This document shows positions 27,196 through 36,360 of a DNA stretch of 61,629 nt, in pieces. Positions within the stretch are counted from its first letter, which is position 1. Each line of letters opens with the position of its first letter. The stretch comes from a virus (Duplodnaviria > Caudoviricetes). The translations under genes and the position numbers were made by a program. The stretch spans positions 1-61,629 of the IMG/VR virus record IMGVR_UViG_3300043772_002642; one strand, written 5' to 3'. The notes beneath the pieces were generated by a model that did not search any database, had not been told where the DNA came from, and was given only the letters and a program-made list of their open reading frames with translations.

Positions 27196-27396
27196 ATGAA
27201 ATTATCTGATTTATTAAATAATGAAGGTTATAAATTAATCTTCGAAGGTTATGATTACATGTCAACATGGGTTGTTTTGGAAAAAAATAACGAAAAGTAT
27301 TATTACTATCTAAACACTGAAACTTTAGAAAAAATAGAAGAACCTAAAGAGTTAAAATGGGATGAATTTGGGAACCTTTTGGAAGAGTGTAAATAA
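27196..27396 (+). CDS. Hypothetical protein
   Basis: 66 aa ORF. Confidence 0.65.
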   Translation: MKLSDLLNNEGYKLIFEGYDYMSTWVVLEKNNEKYYYYLNTETLEKIEEPKELKWDEFGNLLEECK

Positions 27397-27413
27397 TTTA
27401 TTATCTTTGTTAG

Positions 27414-27605
27414 ATGGAAATTAAATCACATTATGAAGTTGGGTTTAAAAATGTTGACCCTGATACTGGTGATGTTAAATACACACCGATAGCGTTAACA
27501 ATGACCGAAGAAAATGCAATGGTTTTAGTTTACTCTTTACAAAAAGCAGACGAAGACCCCAATACACATTATGTTTATAATAAAATTGGTGAACAAAAAA
27601 TATGA
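27414..27605 (+). CDS. Hypothetical protein
   Basis: 63 aa; TATCTTTG 4 nt before ATG; first gene of the ligase operon. Confidence 0.7.
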   Translation: MEIKSHYEVGFKNVDPDTGDVKYTPIALTMTEENAMVLVYSLQKADEDPNTHYVYNKIGEQKI

Positions 27606-28627
27606 TAGAAGCTTTAAACAAATATTATAAAGACGCTTTGTTGTATAAACAGATACACCCAACCTTGCCTTTAACTATTTGGAATTACACCGAAGAAGTA
27701 CAGTACGAAAATAAATGGGATGAATTAACTTTGTCTACCCGTGGTTTAGTTACTGATGAATTTGGTACCATTGTTGCCAGACCTTTTAAAAAATTCTTTA
27801 ACATGGAAGAAGGTAAACATACTCCTACCACTGATTTCGAAGTATTTGAAAAAGTAGATGGTTCTTTAGGCATCGTTTTTAATTACAAGGGTGATTGGAT
27901 AATCGCGACTAGAGGTTCTTTCACCTCCGACCAAGCTGTTAAAGGTAAAAAAATGTTGGATAGATTGAAGATGGATAAAGCACCCCATAATTTGACTTAT
28001 TTGTTTGAAATCATCTATCCTGAGAATAGAATTGTGGTTGACTATGGTGACCAAGAAAAATTAGTTTTGTTGGGTGCAATCGAAGTTGGTTCTGGTACTG
28101 AAATTTCTCGTCACACCTTAGAATACTTTGCAAGTGAGATAGGTTCTGACATAGCCAAGTCTTATGACGGTATTAAAGATTATTCTGTATTAAAAGATAT
28201 GGTTAAAGATAACGAAGAAGGTTTTATAGTTCGTTTCTTTAACGGTGATAGAATGAAAGTTAAGGGTCATGAATATCTTCGTCTACACAAGATAATGACT
28301 AACATATCTACCACTTCTGTGTGGGAGGTATTAAGTAATGGTGGTAACTTTGATGACATGATTAAAGACGTTCCTGATGAGTTTTATGATAAAATAAGAA
28401 AATACTCTATTATTTTAAAATACGACTACATAGCAATATTGGAAGACGCTAGGAAAAGATTTAATTATTATTACGAAAATAATTTTTTCCCCACCAAAAA
28501 AGAATATGCTTTGTGGGTTCAAACTCAACCGCAACAATTACAGCCACTTTTATACAGAATTTTTGATAACAAAGAGTATTCTTCTTATATTTGGAGATTA
28601 ATTAAACCTGAATTTCAAAAAATATGA
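27602..28627 (+). CDS. T4 Rnl1-like RNA ligase
   Basis: TRGLV..VARPFKKFFN; adenylation motif EKVDGSLG; ATRGSF; FEIIYPENRIVV; EGFIV; RMKVK..EYLRLH. Confidence 0.88.
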   Translation: MIEALNKYYKDALLYKQIHPTLPLTIWNYTEEVQYENKWDELTLSTRGLVTDEFGTIVARPFKKFFNMEEGKHTPTTDFEVFEKVDGSLGIVFNYKGDWIIATRGSFTSDQAVKGKKMLDRLKMDKAPHNLTYLFEIIYPENRIVVDYGDQEKLVLLGAIEVGSGTEISRHTLEYFASEIGSDIAKSYDGIKDYSVLKDMVKDNEEGFIVRFFNGDRMKVKGHEYLRLHKIMTNISTTSVWEVLSNGGNFDDMIKDVPDEFYDKIRKYSIILKYDYIAILEDARKRFNYYYENNFFPTKKEYALWVQTQPQQLQPLLYRIFDNKEYSSYIWRLIKPEFQKI

Positions 28628-29043
28628 CGGAAAAAACACTTTATATTGTAAGAGGTTTACCTGGAAGTGGAAAATCAACATTTGCTAAAAAATTGGTTGG
28701 TGATGACTTTTTAGTTTGTGAGGCTGACAAGTATTTCACGGATGTTGAGGGTAATTATAATTTTGATATCACCAAAATAAAAGATGCTCACAAATGGTGC
28801 CACGATAGGGTTGAAACTTATATGAAAGATAGTTTGGTTAACAACCAATTTTATCGTGAGATTGCTGTTTCTAATACATTCACTCAAGAATGGGAAATGA
28901 AACCATATTACCTTTTAGCCGAAAAGTATGGTTACAAAGTTTTTTGTGTAATTGTTGAAAACCGTCACGGTGGTACAAACTTACATGATGTACCTGAAGA
29001 CAAACTTGAAATAATGCGTAATCGTTTTGAATTTAAGCTTTGA
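28624..29043 (+). CDS. P-loop polynucleotide-kinase-like protein (AAA_33 type)
   Basis: IVRGLPGSGKST; EAD; AHKWC; VSNTF; HDVP..MR.RF. Start overlaps the ligase stop. Confidence 0.85.
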   Translation: MTEKTLYIVRGLPGSGKSTFAKKLVGDDFLVCEADKYFTDVEGNYNFDITKIKDAHKWCHDRVETYMKDSLVNNQFYREIAVSNTFTQEWEMKPYYLLAEKYGYKVFCVIVENRHGGTNLHDVPEDKLEIMRNRFEFKL

Positions 29044-29082
29044 TGTTTATAATTTATTAAACATATTTATAATTAAAACATT

Positions 29083-29646
29083 ATGGCAAACGAATTAAAA
29101 AATAGAATATTTAAAGAAATGAAAAATGTTAACGAAAACATTAAACCTCAAATGGGACCTAAATTATATAGGTTAAGTGAAAAAACAATTAATATATTAA
29201 CCAACAGGTTAGCTGACGAATATATTGCACATTATTTTTATAGAAATGCAGCTAATTGGTGTAATGATATGAACTATAAAAAAGCTGCAGCTTTTTTTAC
29301 AACCGAAGCTAACACAGAGTTACAACACGCTGAAGGTCTTCAAAAATATATGACCGACTTTAACATTATTCCTGAGATACCATCTGTTGGAACTTCAGAC
29401 GAATTTAGTAGTTTAGTTGATATTATTTATGGGGCATACGAAATGGAGTTAGGTCTTATGAAATCTTACAATAGAGATTCACAACTTGTATTTGGTGACG
29501 ATATCACAACATTTGATTTTTTAACAGAATATAGAGAAGGTCAAAAACAATCTGTTATTGAATACAATGATTTAATTAACGCTTTAGACTTGATTGACAA
29601 AAACGATAAGTTCCAAATTTTATATTTTGAACAAACTTATTTTTAG
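29083..29646 (+). CDS. Ferritin (FtnA-like) with N-terminal extension
   Basis: Ferroxidase pattern DEYIAHYFY, EANTELQH, YEME, EGQKQSVIE. CATATTTAT upstream. Confidence 0.82.
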   Translation: MANELKNRIFKEMKNVNENIKPQMGPKLYRLSEKTINILTNRLADEYIAHYFYRNAANWCNDMNYKKAAAFFTTEANTELQHAEGLQKYMTDFNIIPEIPSVGTSDEFSSLVDIIYGAYEMELGLMKSYNRDSQLVFGDDITTFDFLTEYREGQKQSVIEYNDLINALDLIDKNDKFQILYFEQTYF

Positions 29647-29667
29647 TAAAAAATAGTCTATTCCATC

Positions 29668-29695
29668 AAACCTCTCCCCATGGAGAGGTTTTTTT
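29668..29695 (+). terminator. Intrinsic terminator
   Basis: AAACCTCTCC-CCAT-GGAGAGGTTT followed by T's. Confidence 0.8.
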
Positions 29696-29709
29696 ATTAT
29701 CTTTGTGTT

Positions 29710-29910
29710 ATGAGGTTTAAAATAAAAAATTTAGGTGTCAGCCTAATACTAACTCACCGTTGGCAAAAAGGTTTAAATTTTTATCAAAAAGAAAAATGGA
29801 ATGATTTTAGACTAGGTTTTAGGGTTAGGTACTGGGATAACCCCACACAAATTTCAATAGGTTTATATTTAATTTTTTTTAAAGTTTGGGTTGTTTTTTA
29901 CAAAATTTAA
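29710..29910 (+). CDS. Hypothetical protein
   Basis: TATCTTTG 4 nt before ATG 29710. Confidence 0.6.
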   Translation: MRFKIKNLGVSLILTHRWQKGLNFYQKEKWNDFRLGFRVRYWDNPTQISIGLYLIFFKVWVVFYKI

Positions 29911-29944
29911 AACTAATCTATATACGTATTTTATAAAAAACTGA

Positions 29945-30253
29945 ATGAGAAAAATTCTACTGATAATTTTACTTTTGATACCATTTTTAATTCAATCACA
30001 AATTGGTGGTAGAGTCAGAGAAGTTCAAAATCAAAAAAAATTAAAAATACGTATAAAAAAAAGTGGTTGGCACTATAGAAAGTGGGAACCAAATAGATTA
30101 AAAGTTGTTGAATCAGAAAAAAAACTTTTTTATAGACATAGGACAAACAACCAAAAAGAAAAAGAAAAAATACAAAGAAAGATAAATAAAAAAAGGTACA
30201 GGTTGTTAATGCGTAATAGAAATTCTTTCACCAAAAGAAAATATATGAGGTGA
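29945..30253 (+). CDS. Basic protein with signal peptide
   Basis: MRKILLIILLLIPFL followed by a K/R-rich body. Confidence 0.65.
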   Translation: MRKILLIILLLIPFLIQSQIGGRVREVQNQKKLKIRIKKSGWHYRKWEPNRLKVVESEKKLFYRHRTNNQKEKEKIQRKINKKRYRLLMRNRNSFTKRKYMR

Positions 30254-30301
30254 TTTTACTTTTAGAATAAAATTTTTTATATTTTATTAAAAATACAAAA
30301 T

Positions 30302-30460
30302 ATGGATGAAAATATAAAAGACTTACTGATATCTTTGGGTGTTGCAGGAATATCATTACTTTTTGTTAAACTTTTAGGTATAAAATCGGAAGATTTTTTA
30401 GTTGCCGCTGTGGGTATGATGGCCTATCTTACTTACAGAAATTATGAAGAATCTTTGTAG
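30302..30460 (+). CDS. Small two-TM membrane protein (not in ORF track)
   Basis: MDENIKDLLISLGVAGISLLFVKLLG...YEESL*, 52 aa. Confidence 0.55.
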   Translation: MDENIKDLLISLGVAGISLLFVKLLGIKSEDFLVAAVGMMAYLTYRNYEESL

Positions 30461-30488
30461 ATAAAAGATTTTTTTGTATCTTTACGGT

Positions 30489-31037
30489 ATGAAAGAATTA
30501 ATAAACATTCTCAAGACCGAGACCCAATCTTTAAAAGAACAATACATTCAAAAAACTAAAGAGTGGGCTGAAAGACATTTCAATCACGTGACACCAAGAT
30601 ACAAATGGGACACTATTCAATGGTGTGAACATTTTGGTTTAACTCCTGAAGTTGTATTCAACACCTACATAACCTCTAACAAAGGTAAAGGTTCAACGGA
30701 GTTTTTAACATTCCCTCGTGGTTTCTACAATACAAAACAAAGTCGTGAACACGGTAGATTACGTGACGAAGCAATCAAACTTATCAATATGGGTGTTGAG
30801 AAGTATATTGAAAAAGAAGTGATTAAAGCCGAAAAACACTACGAGGCTTCTATCGATAAATTGGCTTACAGAATCGATAAGAAAGGTTTGGATATTTCTA
30901 AACTTAAAACAATCACTTCTCATATCGGTGTTAACATCAATACTACTTTAACTGATGGTGAGAAAACTGTTAAAGCTTTTACCATCATTGCAGAAGGTCC
31001 AATCCAAAGACCACACTATCGCTATTTAATAAAGTAA
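30489..31037 (+). CDS. Hypothetical protein
   Basis: Ends IIAEGPIQRPHYRYLIK; TATCTTTA 4 nt before ATG 30489. Confidence 0.75.
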   Translation: MKELINILKTETQSLKEQYIQKTKEWAERHFNHVTPRYKWDTIQWCEHFGLTPEVVFNTYITSNKGKGSTEFLTFPRGFYNTKQSREHGRLRDEAIKLINMGVEKYIEKEVIKAEKHYEASIDKLAYRIDKKGLDISKLKTITSHIGVNINTTLTDGEKTVKAFTIIAEGPIQRPHYRYLIK

Positions 31038-31052
31038 AGTATATTTATAGGT

Positions 31053-31460
31053 GTGAAAGATATTATTAAAGAAATATTAAAAGAATCTGAAAATGAATTT
31101 GATTGGATTCCTGAGTTGAGAGAAGTTGTGGTTACCAATCCAGGTTCACGATACCCTACTCACTTAGAAGCTATGGTAGCTTTAGGAGTTACTGGAGCAA
31201 AAGAATTTATTGATAAGTTTGGAATTTATTATTTCAATACCGAAGAATTTCATAAATGGAGACAAGAGCACAGTTATGATTATGATGATGATTTATTTTT
31301 TTCAGAAAATGGTATAAACTTAACCAAACCGATTAAAGGTGAAACGTACTATATTTCCGATTTACCTTACAATGAAAACGGTACACTAATTTATAAATTA
31401 ATAAGCCCCTACAACAACAGGGAATTTATTATTGGTGAAAGTGGTTTTAAATTTCTTTGA
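31053..31460 (+). CDS. Leader-tagged hypothetical protein
   Basis: MKDIIKEILKE-SENEFDW; TATATTTAT upstream. Confidence 0.75.
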   Translation: MKDIIKEILKESENEFDWIPELREVVVTNPGSRYPTHLEAMVALGVTGAKEFIDKFGIYYFNTEEFHKWRQEHSYDYDDDLFFSENGINLTKPIKGETYYISDLPYNENGTLIYKLISPYNNREFIIGESGFKFL

Positions 31461-31487
31461 TTAAATTATTTTTGTTATCTTTACATT

Positions 31488-31874
31488 ATGATAACAACAG
31501 TAATAATCTCCTCTTTAGTTTTAAATTTGGTATTAGGTTTAATGGTTAATTCTTTATCTAAAGAAAAACCAAACAATAAAACAAAAACCATCTACAAGGA
31601 TAAAATTGTTTACAGAGACAAACCTGTAGAAAAAATAGTTTACAAAGATAAAATTGTGGAGAAAATTGTCTACAAAGATAAAATTGTGGAGAAAATAATT
31701 TACAAAGATAAACCTGTTGTCCACGAATTTGTTAAAAAAGAAGAACCAAAAGTTAGTACACAGAGAAAAGAACTTTTAGATGCTCTCGCTGACTTAAAAG
31801 CCAAGAAAAAGAAATCTAAAAAAGATATGGAAAATATCTACACGATTGAGAAAATTTTACCTAATATTAAATAA
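31488..31874 (+). CDS. Membrane-anchored protein with 10-aa tandem repeats
   Basis: N-terminal TM; about four (IVYKDKIVEK)-like repeats with a 30 bp period, about 31590-31720. Confidence 0.75.
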   Translation: MITTVIISSLVLNLVLGLMVNSLSKEKPNNKTKTIYKDKIVYRDKPVEKIVYKDKIVEKIVYKDKIVEKIIYKDKPVVHEFVKKEEPKVSTQRKELLDALADLKAKKKKSKKDMENIYTIEKILPNIK

Positions 31875-31875
31875 T

Positions 31876-32046
31876 ATGAAAAAAATAACAGACGCTTTAA
31901 TGAAGACAGCCCGTACAATGGGAATTAGTCTACTAGTAGGAATTATATGGTTTTGTATAATCCGTTTTCTTGACCCAGAATGGGCATTAGCAACAATATT
32001 TACGTTGTGTTCAGTATTTATATTTTACCTTTACTACAAAAAATAA
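31876..32046 (+). CDS. Small membrane protein
   Basis: Two hydrophobic segments. Confidence 0.6.
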   Translation: MKKITDALMKTARTMGISLLVGIIWFCIIRFLDPEWALATIFTLCSVFIFYLYYKK

Positions 32047-32171
32047 TTAAATATGGATAAAAAATTATATAATTTAGCTGTAGGAATGTTTGTGGTGGTG
32101 TTAACACTATATATTGTTGCTGGTTTAATAAAATTATATGTTATGTTCAAATAATATAACGGAAAAAAGAT

Positions 32172-32381
32172 ATGGATAGAGAAGAAATGATTAGTTTTAT
32201 AATCGAAGGTGAACTTAAAATGATGGATGCTTTTAAAAAAGGTCATAAACCCCACACAGAAGATGAATTCCAACCACTAAGGGAATTAATAGAAAAATAT
32301 AGGGAAGAACTAGGTTATAAAACTAACTACTGTCACTATAGTGGTTTACCTTCTCCATCTGCATATGAATCAGAAATCTGA
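32172..32381 (+). CDS. Hypothetical protein
   Basis: 69 aa ending CHYSGLPSPSAY. Confidence 0.65.
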   Translation: MDREEMISFIIEGELKMMDAFKKGHKPHTEDEFQPLRELIEKYREELGYKTNYCHYSGLPSPSAYESEI

Positions 32382-32410
32382 ATCAACAACACTAAACAAA
32401 CAAGACTAAT

Positions 32411-32596
32411 ATGTGGCATTATATAAAATACTTACTAAAGTTACTTACAGGATTTATGGTTATTTTAGCATTAGATACTATGCTTAAAAAAGTGGGTATT
32501 GATAAACAAGATGATTATTGGTGGCTTTATATAACATTAATATGTTACAATAGTTATTGTTATTTAGAATTTAGATTAGAAGATAAAGAAGAATAA
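32411..32596 (+). CDS. Small membrane protein
   Basis: Two hydrophobic segments. Confidence 0.6.
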   Translation: MWHYIKYLLKLLTGFMVILALDTMLKKVGIDKQDDYWWLYITLICYNSYCYLEFRLEDKEE

Positions 32597-32597
32597 A

Positions 32598-32993
32598 ATG
32601 ATAGCAAAAGAATTAAGAATAGGAAATTTAGTTTACCTTAAAAGTAAAGAAAAGATTTATCAAATTGATTCGGGACACGACATCGAAGAAATTGATGATG
32701 CTCCAGAAATGTTTGACGCTACACCAATTATTCTAACAGATGAATGGTTTCAAAAATTTGAGCAATTCTACAAAAACGAAGAATATTGGTGTATTGATAT
32801 TAATGACTACAAGTATTGTTTTAAGTATAGAGATTGGGCTGAAAATTGGGCATTTTATCAAGAATTTACTGATAGTCCTCACGAACATGATAATGGGGTA
32901 AAGTACCCTATTTCATTTGATATAAAACATGTACATCAGTTACAGAACTTATATTTTGCATTACAACACGAAGAATTAAAATTAAAGATATGA
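32598..32993 (+). CDS. Hypothetical phage protein
   Basis: ELRIGNLV...IKHVHQLQNLYFAL..EEL, a pattern I associate with Bacteroidota phage proteins. Confidence 0.75.
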   Translation: MIAKELRIGNLVYLKSKEKIYQIDSGHDIEEIDDAPEMFDATPIILTDEWFQKFEQFYKNEEYWCIDINDYKYCFKYRDWAENWAFYQEFTDSPHEHDNGVKYPISFDIKHVHQLQNLYFALQHEELKLKI

Positions 32994-33062
32994 GTTACAC
33001 AGTAAGACACAAAGGTAAGATTTTACTAGTAATAAATTTATAAAAAATTGCTCAAATAAAAT

Positions 33063-33293
33063 ATGATTAAGAAAAACGAAGAACAATTTGATAGTGGTGG
33101 TATAATGCTTAAACATACCTTTCTATTAGGCTTTAATGATTTGGATATACCAACAGAAGATATCACGGAAGAAATGATTGATAACTATGTCAAAGAAAAA
33201 TCTCAAGAATTTGAATGGTCGTTTAAAGCCTTCCTGATGCTTAAGTTAGGTTATATTGGGATGAATGAAAATGGCAAATGGGTTAAAGAGTGA
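33063..33293 (+). CDS. Hypothetical protein
   Basis: 76 aa ORF. Confidence 0.65.
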   Translation: MIKKNEEQFDSGGIMLKHTFLLGFNDLDIPTEDITEEMIDNYVKEKSQEFEWSFKAFLMLKLGYIGMNENGKWVKE

Positions 33294-33305
33294 TATTTAT
33301 ATCAT

Positions 33306-33938
33306 ATGAGAAATCTAATCCGTAAAATATTAAGAGAAGAGTTAGACCCAAAAACAGGAACAGGAAAAAAACCAAAAGGTTCAGGAAGAAGATTATACAC
33401 AGATGAAAATCCTAGTGATACAGAAAACATACAAAGAATCAAACAAATGATAGGACTTGTTACTGAAACAAGACAAGGAATGTTTAATTGGTTAAAAGAA
33501 AAACTACCAAACACTCCTGAATATGTAATAAGAGATTGGGTTTATAAAATGATTAAACAATCAGATGATATAAACACATATGAAGGTATTACAGAATGGA
33601 TTGATGAGTGGGTTAAAGACGTGGAATGGGAGACTCAAAAAGATTTTCCAATATCAATGGAAATATTTACCGATAAAACAAAAAAAGAGTTAGAAAGTAG
33701 AATTGGGGGTGAAATAAGACAAGATGTTGGTAAAGATACTGAAAGACACGAAACACAAAAAGAGTTATTACAGAATAAGGGAATATCAGAAGAACCAATT
33801 ATCTTATTTAAAACCAAAGATGGTAAATATGAATTAGGTGAAGGGTGGCATAGAACGACACAAACATTCATTCAATTCCCTGACGGATTCATACAACCCA
33901 ATGTATATATAGGATTAAACGCAAAATGGTTAGATTAA
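33306..33938 (+). CDS. Leader-tagged chimeric protein with C-terminal ParB/Srx-like domain
   Basis: MRNLIRKILREE-LDPKTGTGKKPKGSGRRLYTDENPSDT fused to ENIQRIKQMIGLVTE; EPIIL..YELGEGWHR. Confidence 0.7.
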   Translation: MRNLIRKILREELDPKTGTGKKPKGSGRRLYTDENPSDTENIQRIKQMIGLVTETRQGMFNWLKEKLPNTPEYVIRDWVYKMIKQSDDINTYEGITEWIDEWVKDVEWETQKDFPISMEIFTDKTKKELESRIGGEIRQDVGKDTERHETQKELLQNKGISEEPIILFKTKDGKYELGEGWHRTTQTFIQFPDGFIQPNVYIGLNAKWLD

Positions 33939-33939
33939 T

Positions 33940-34062
33940 ATGAACCTACAAAACGCTAAAGACCCTGAGACAAAAAAAAGGTTAAAAAGAGCTTATGACT
34001 ATATAGAAAGTAGAAAAGAAGCTTCAAAGAAAAAAACTGAGAGGTTACGTGAGAAAAAATGA
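33940..34062 (+). CDS. Short ORF, probable chimeric remnant (not in ORF track)
   Basis: MNLQ-NAKDPETKKRLKRAYDYIESRKEASKKKTERLREKK*. Confidence 0.55.
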   Translation: MNLQNAKDPETKKRLKRAYDYIESRKEASKKKTERLREKK

Positions 34063-34634
34063 AACTTGACGTTAATTTAATACCTCACAGAGATTTTCAC
34101 AAAGGCTTTTGGTTACAAACAAAAGAAAGTCCTTGGTATTTCTTTTATCAAAAACCAAGAGAATATTTTTTACCCAAAGATAATTCTTTTTATCAAACTG
34201 TTGACGATTCTTTACTACCAATAGTAAAATTGTTACACAAAAACAATATCCCGACCACACCTTCTTGTTCAGGTCATATGATGCCAAAAAAACATTATGC
34301 TAATTTGTATAACAGTATAGAAGATGTTAAAGAATACATCAAAGGTGATGGTATTATATTACAAAACCCTGAAACTAGTAGAAAGTTTTTTTATCAAAAC
34401 AAAAATTATAATTTACCTTGGCAACAAGAAGAATTTGTTGAGTTAATGGATGATTATCAAAAAAAAGGTGTAATTGGATTTGTTGACAAAGATAATGTCT
34501 ATGAATCAATTAAAAATAAATTAAAATCAAGAAAAGAAGGTCCTGTAACTTTAATATTTTCAAAATCAGAAACACCTAGAGGGATTGATAAAAATTGGCA
34601 ATATGTTTATGAAATTTTAAAATCAAATTTGTAA
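34059..34634 (+). CDS. Hypothetical protein with TTxSCxGH motif
   Basis: VDDSLLPIVKLLHKNNIPTTPSCSGH, reminiscent of the TYW3-like T-x-SC-x-G motif. Confidence 0.65.
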   Translation: MKLDVNLIPHRDFHKGFWLQTKESPWYFFYQKPREYFLPKDNSFYQTVDDSLLPIVKLLHKNNIPTTPSCSGHMMPKKHYANLYNSIEDVKEYIKGDGIILQNPETSRKFFYQNKNYNLPWQQEEFVELMDDYQKKGVIGFVDKDNVYESIKNKLKSRKEGPVTLIFSKSETPRGIDKNWQYVYEILKSNL

Positions 34635-34661
34635 TCAGTTTTCAAAGTATATTTATATCAT

Positions 34662-35276
34662 ATGAGAAACCTAATCCGTAAAATATTAAAAGAAGCTTAT
34701 GATGCTGAACATGAGGAAAGAAAAAAATTAATTCCCGATGCAATAAAAATGGCACCAAATTGGACAGGTAGACCAAAAGAAATGTATCAAAGTGTTGAGC
34801 AAGCGGAGGAGATGGAAGATAAAGCTCACAAGAAAGCGGAAGGTAAAGGTGAGGCTAGAATATATAGTGCCATAAAAATGGCAAATTTAAATAAATACGG
34901 TATTAACTTTAGAGATAGTGAAATCTCAGTATCAACAGATGATAGCCAATCTTTATTTGGTGATAACGATGTCGATGCAGTCATCTCGGGTAAAGGTTAT
35001 TTAATGTCCTGTTATGATAGAGATGTTTCAACAAATAAAATAACATCATCGGATAGAAAACTACCCATAACTCCTTTAAACCCCAAAAAATCAAGATGGG
35101 ATGAATGTTTAACCAACTACAAAGATGTTAAATGGGATTTACTATTTTATAATCCAAAAAAATTCAGTGAAAAAGTTATAAGTCATTTGGCTAAGAAAAA
35201 AGGTTTAAAAACGGTTTCAATATGGGATGAAGACATACCACAGGTTATTAAAAACAGTAGATATATTTTTAAATAA
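34662..35276 (+). CDS. Leader-tagged hypothetical protein
   Basis: MRNLIRKILKE; TATATTTAT upstream. Confidence 0.8.
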   Translation: MRNLIRKILKEAYDAEHEERKKLIPDAIKMAPNWTGRPKEMYQSVEQAEEMEDKAHKKAEGKGEARIYSAIKMANLNKYGINFRDSEISVSTDDSQSLFGDNDVDAVISGKGYLMSCYDRDVSTNKITSSDRKLPITPLNPKKSRWDECLTNYKDVKWDLLFYNPKKFSEKVISHLAKKKGLKTVSIWDEDIPQVIKNSRYIFK

Positions 35277-35959
35277 TGAAAAATTTAATCAGGAAAATAT
35301 TAAAAGAAGAACTAAATACCAAACCTAATTTAAACATAGGTGATAAAGTTACAATAATAGCCAATAAAAAAATTGGCCCAATGAGATGGGATAGATATAA
35401 AGTTTCATATGTTGGTGTTACCTTCCAAAAAGATAAAGTAATAGATACTGACGCAACTTATTTGGGTGAATGTGACTACGAAGGTATTTTGGTTTTAAGT
35501 CAAGGTCATGAACGATGTTTTGAACCCGACGAAATTAATATTACAAAAAATACAAAGTTAAAAGAAAGTCTAAATGAAGCGGCGAACGCAACTTTTGTTA
35601 AAGATTTTTTGGTTGATTTTGGGACATTACTATCTCTTAATTTTAGTCAGATAACTAAAATGGGGAAAGATGAAAATGCGACCAATGAGTTAAAAGCTAT
35701 GATGGAAAGAATTAGAAAACCAATCATCAACGGCCAAACTTATTTTGAAATTATAAAAGACATAAACGCAATACCAAACAACCCCAAATTGTTATCAGCA
35801 ATTTTATCACAAGTTAAAAATTTTATTGAATATGTTGAACCGAGGGTTGAAAGATTTGTAAAAGATGGACCTGCACCTAATGGTGTTGACTATAAAAAAG
35901 GTTGGTTGGACAGGATTAAAAAAATTAAAGAGGATTATAAAAAGATTGTTACGCCGTGA
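35276..35959 (+). CDS. Leader-tagged two-module protein
   Basis: MKNLIRKILKEE; internal KLKESLNE-AA. Confidence 0.8.
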   Translation: MKNLIRKILKEELNTKPNLNIGDKVTIIANKKIGPMRWDRYKVSYVGVTFQKDKVIDTDATYLGECDYEGILVLSQGHERCFEPDEINITKNTKLKESLNEAANATFVKDFLVDFGTLLSLNFSQITKMGKDENATNELKAMMERIRKPIINGQTYFEIIKDINAIPNNPKLLSAILSQVKNFIEYVEPRVERFVKDGPAPNGVDYKKGWLDRIKKIKEDYKKIVTP

Positions 35960-36360
35960 AAAATTTAATCAGGAAAATATTAAAAGAAATTTATTCTCCC
36001 GCGGGGGAAGAATATATTCCTGGTAAGTTTGTGGTTCATAAATCAGCACCCGTTTGGCGAGAAAACATTGAAGTAACAGGATTAGAAGTATCAGTTGGTG
36101 ATTGTTATCAAAGTTATGTTGGTGGTGATGTAGATTGTAAAGAAGCAATATTTGCAACCGATTCAATGGAAGAAAAATATATGTTTGACTCAACTTATGA
36201 TGATGATACATGGTTAATTGATACTGAATGTGCTGGGGTTAAATGGTATAAAGATAGACATTTTGATTTTGGCGATTACAAATATCATATTGTAACATTT
36301 CAAAATATACCAGCCAACTGTTTAAAACTAATACACAAAGGTACAGGAAAAAGTTATTGA
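35956..36360 (+). CDS. Leader-tagged putative ADP-ribosyltransferase-fold protein
   Basis: MKNLIRKILKE; VVHKS..RENI..TGL..AIFAT..WLID..IPANCL, an ART/Tpt1-like pattern. Confidence 0.55.
   Translation: MKNLIRKILKEIYSPAGEEYIPGKFVVHKSAPVWRENIEVTGLEVSVGDCYQSYVGGDVDCKEAIFATDSMEEKYMFDSTYDDDTWLIDTECAGVKWYKDRHFDFGDYKYHIVTFQNIPANCLKLIHKGTGKSY

Noticed and set aside
31590-31720. 30-bp tandem repeat as a contingency or diversity locus
   Set aside because: In-frame, synonymously diverged coding repeats (IVYKDKIVEK), typical of a stalk region in a membrane-anchored protein.
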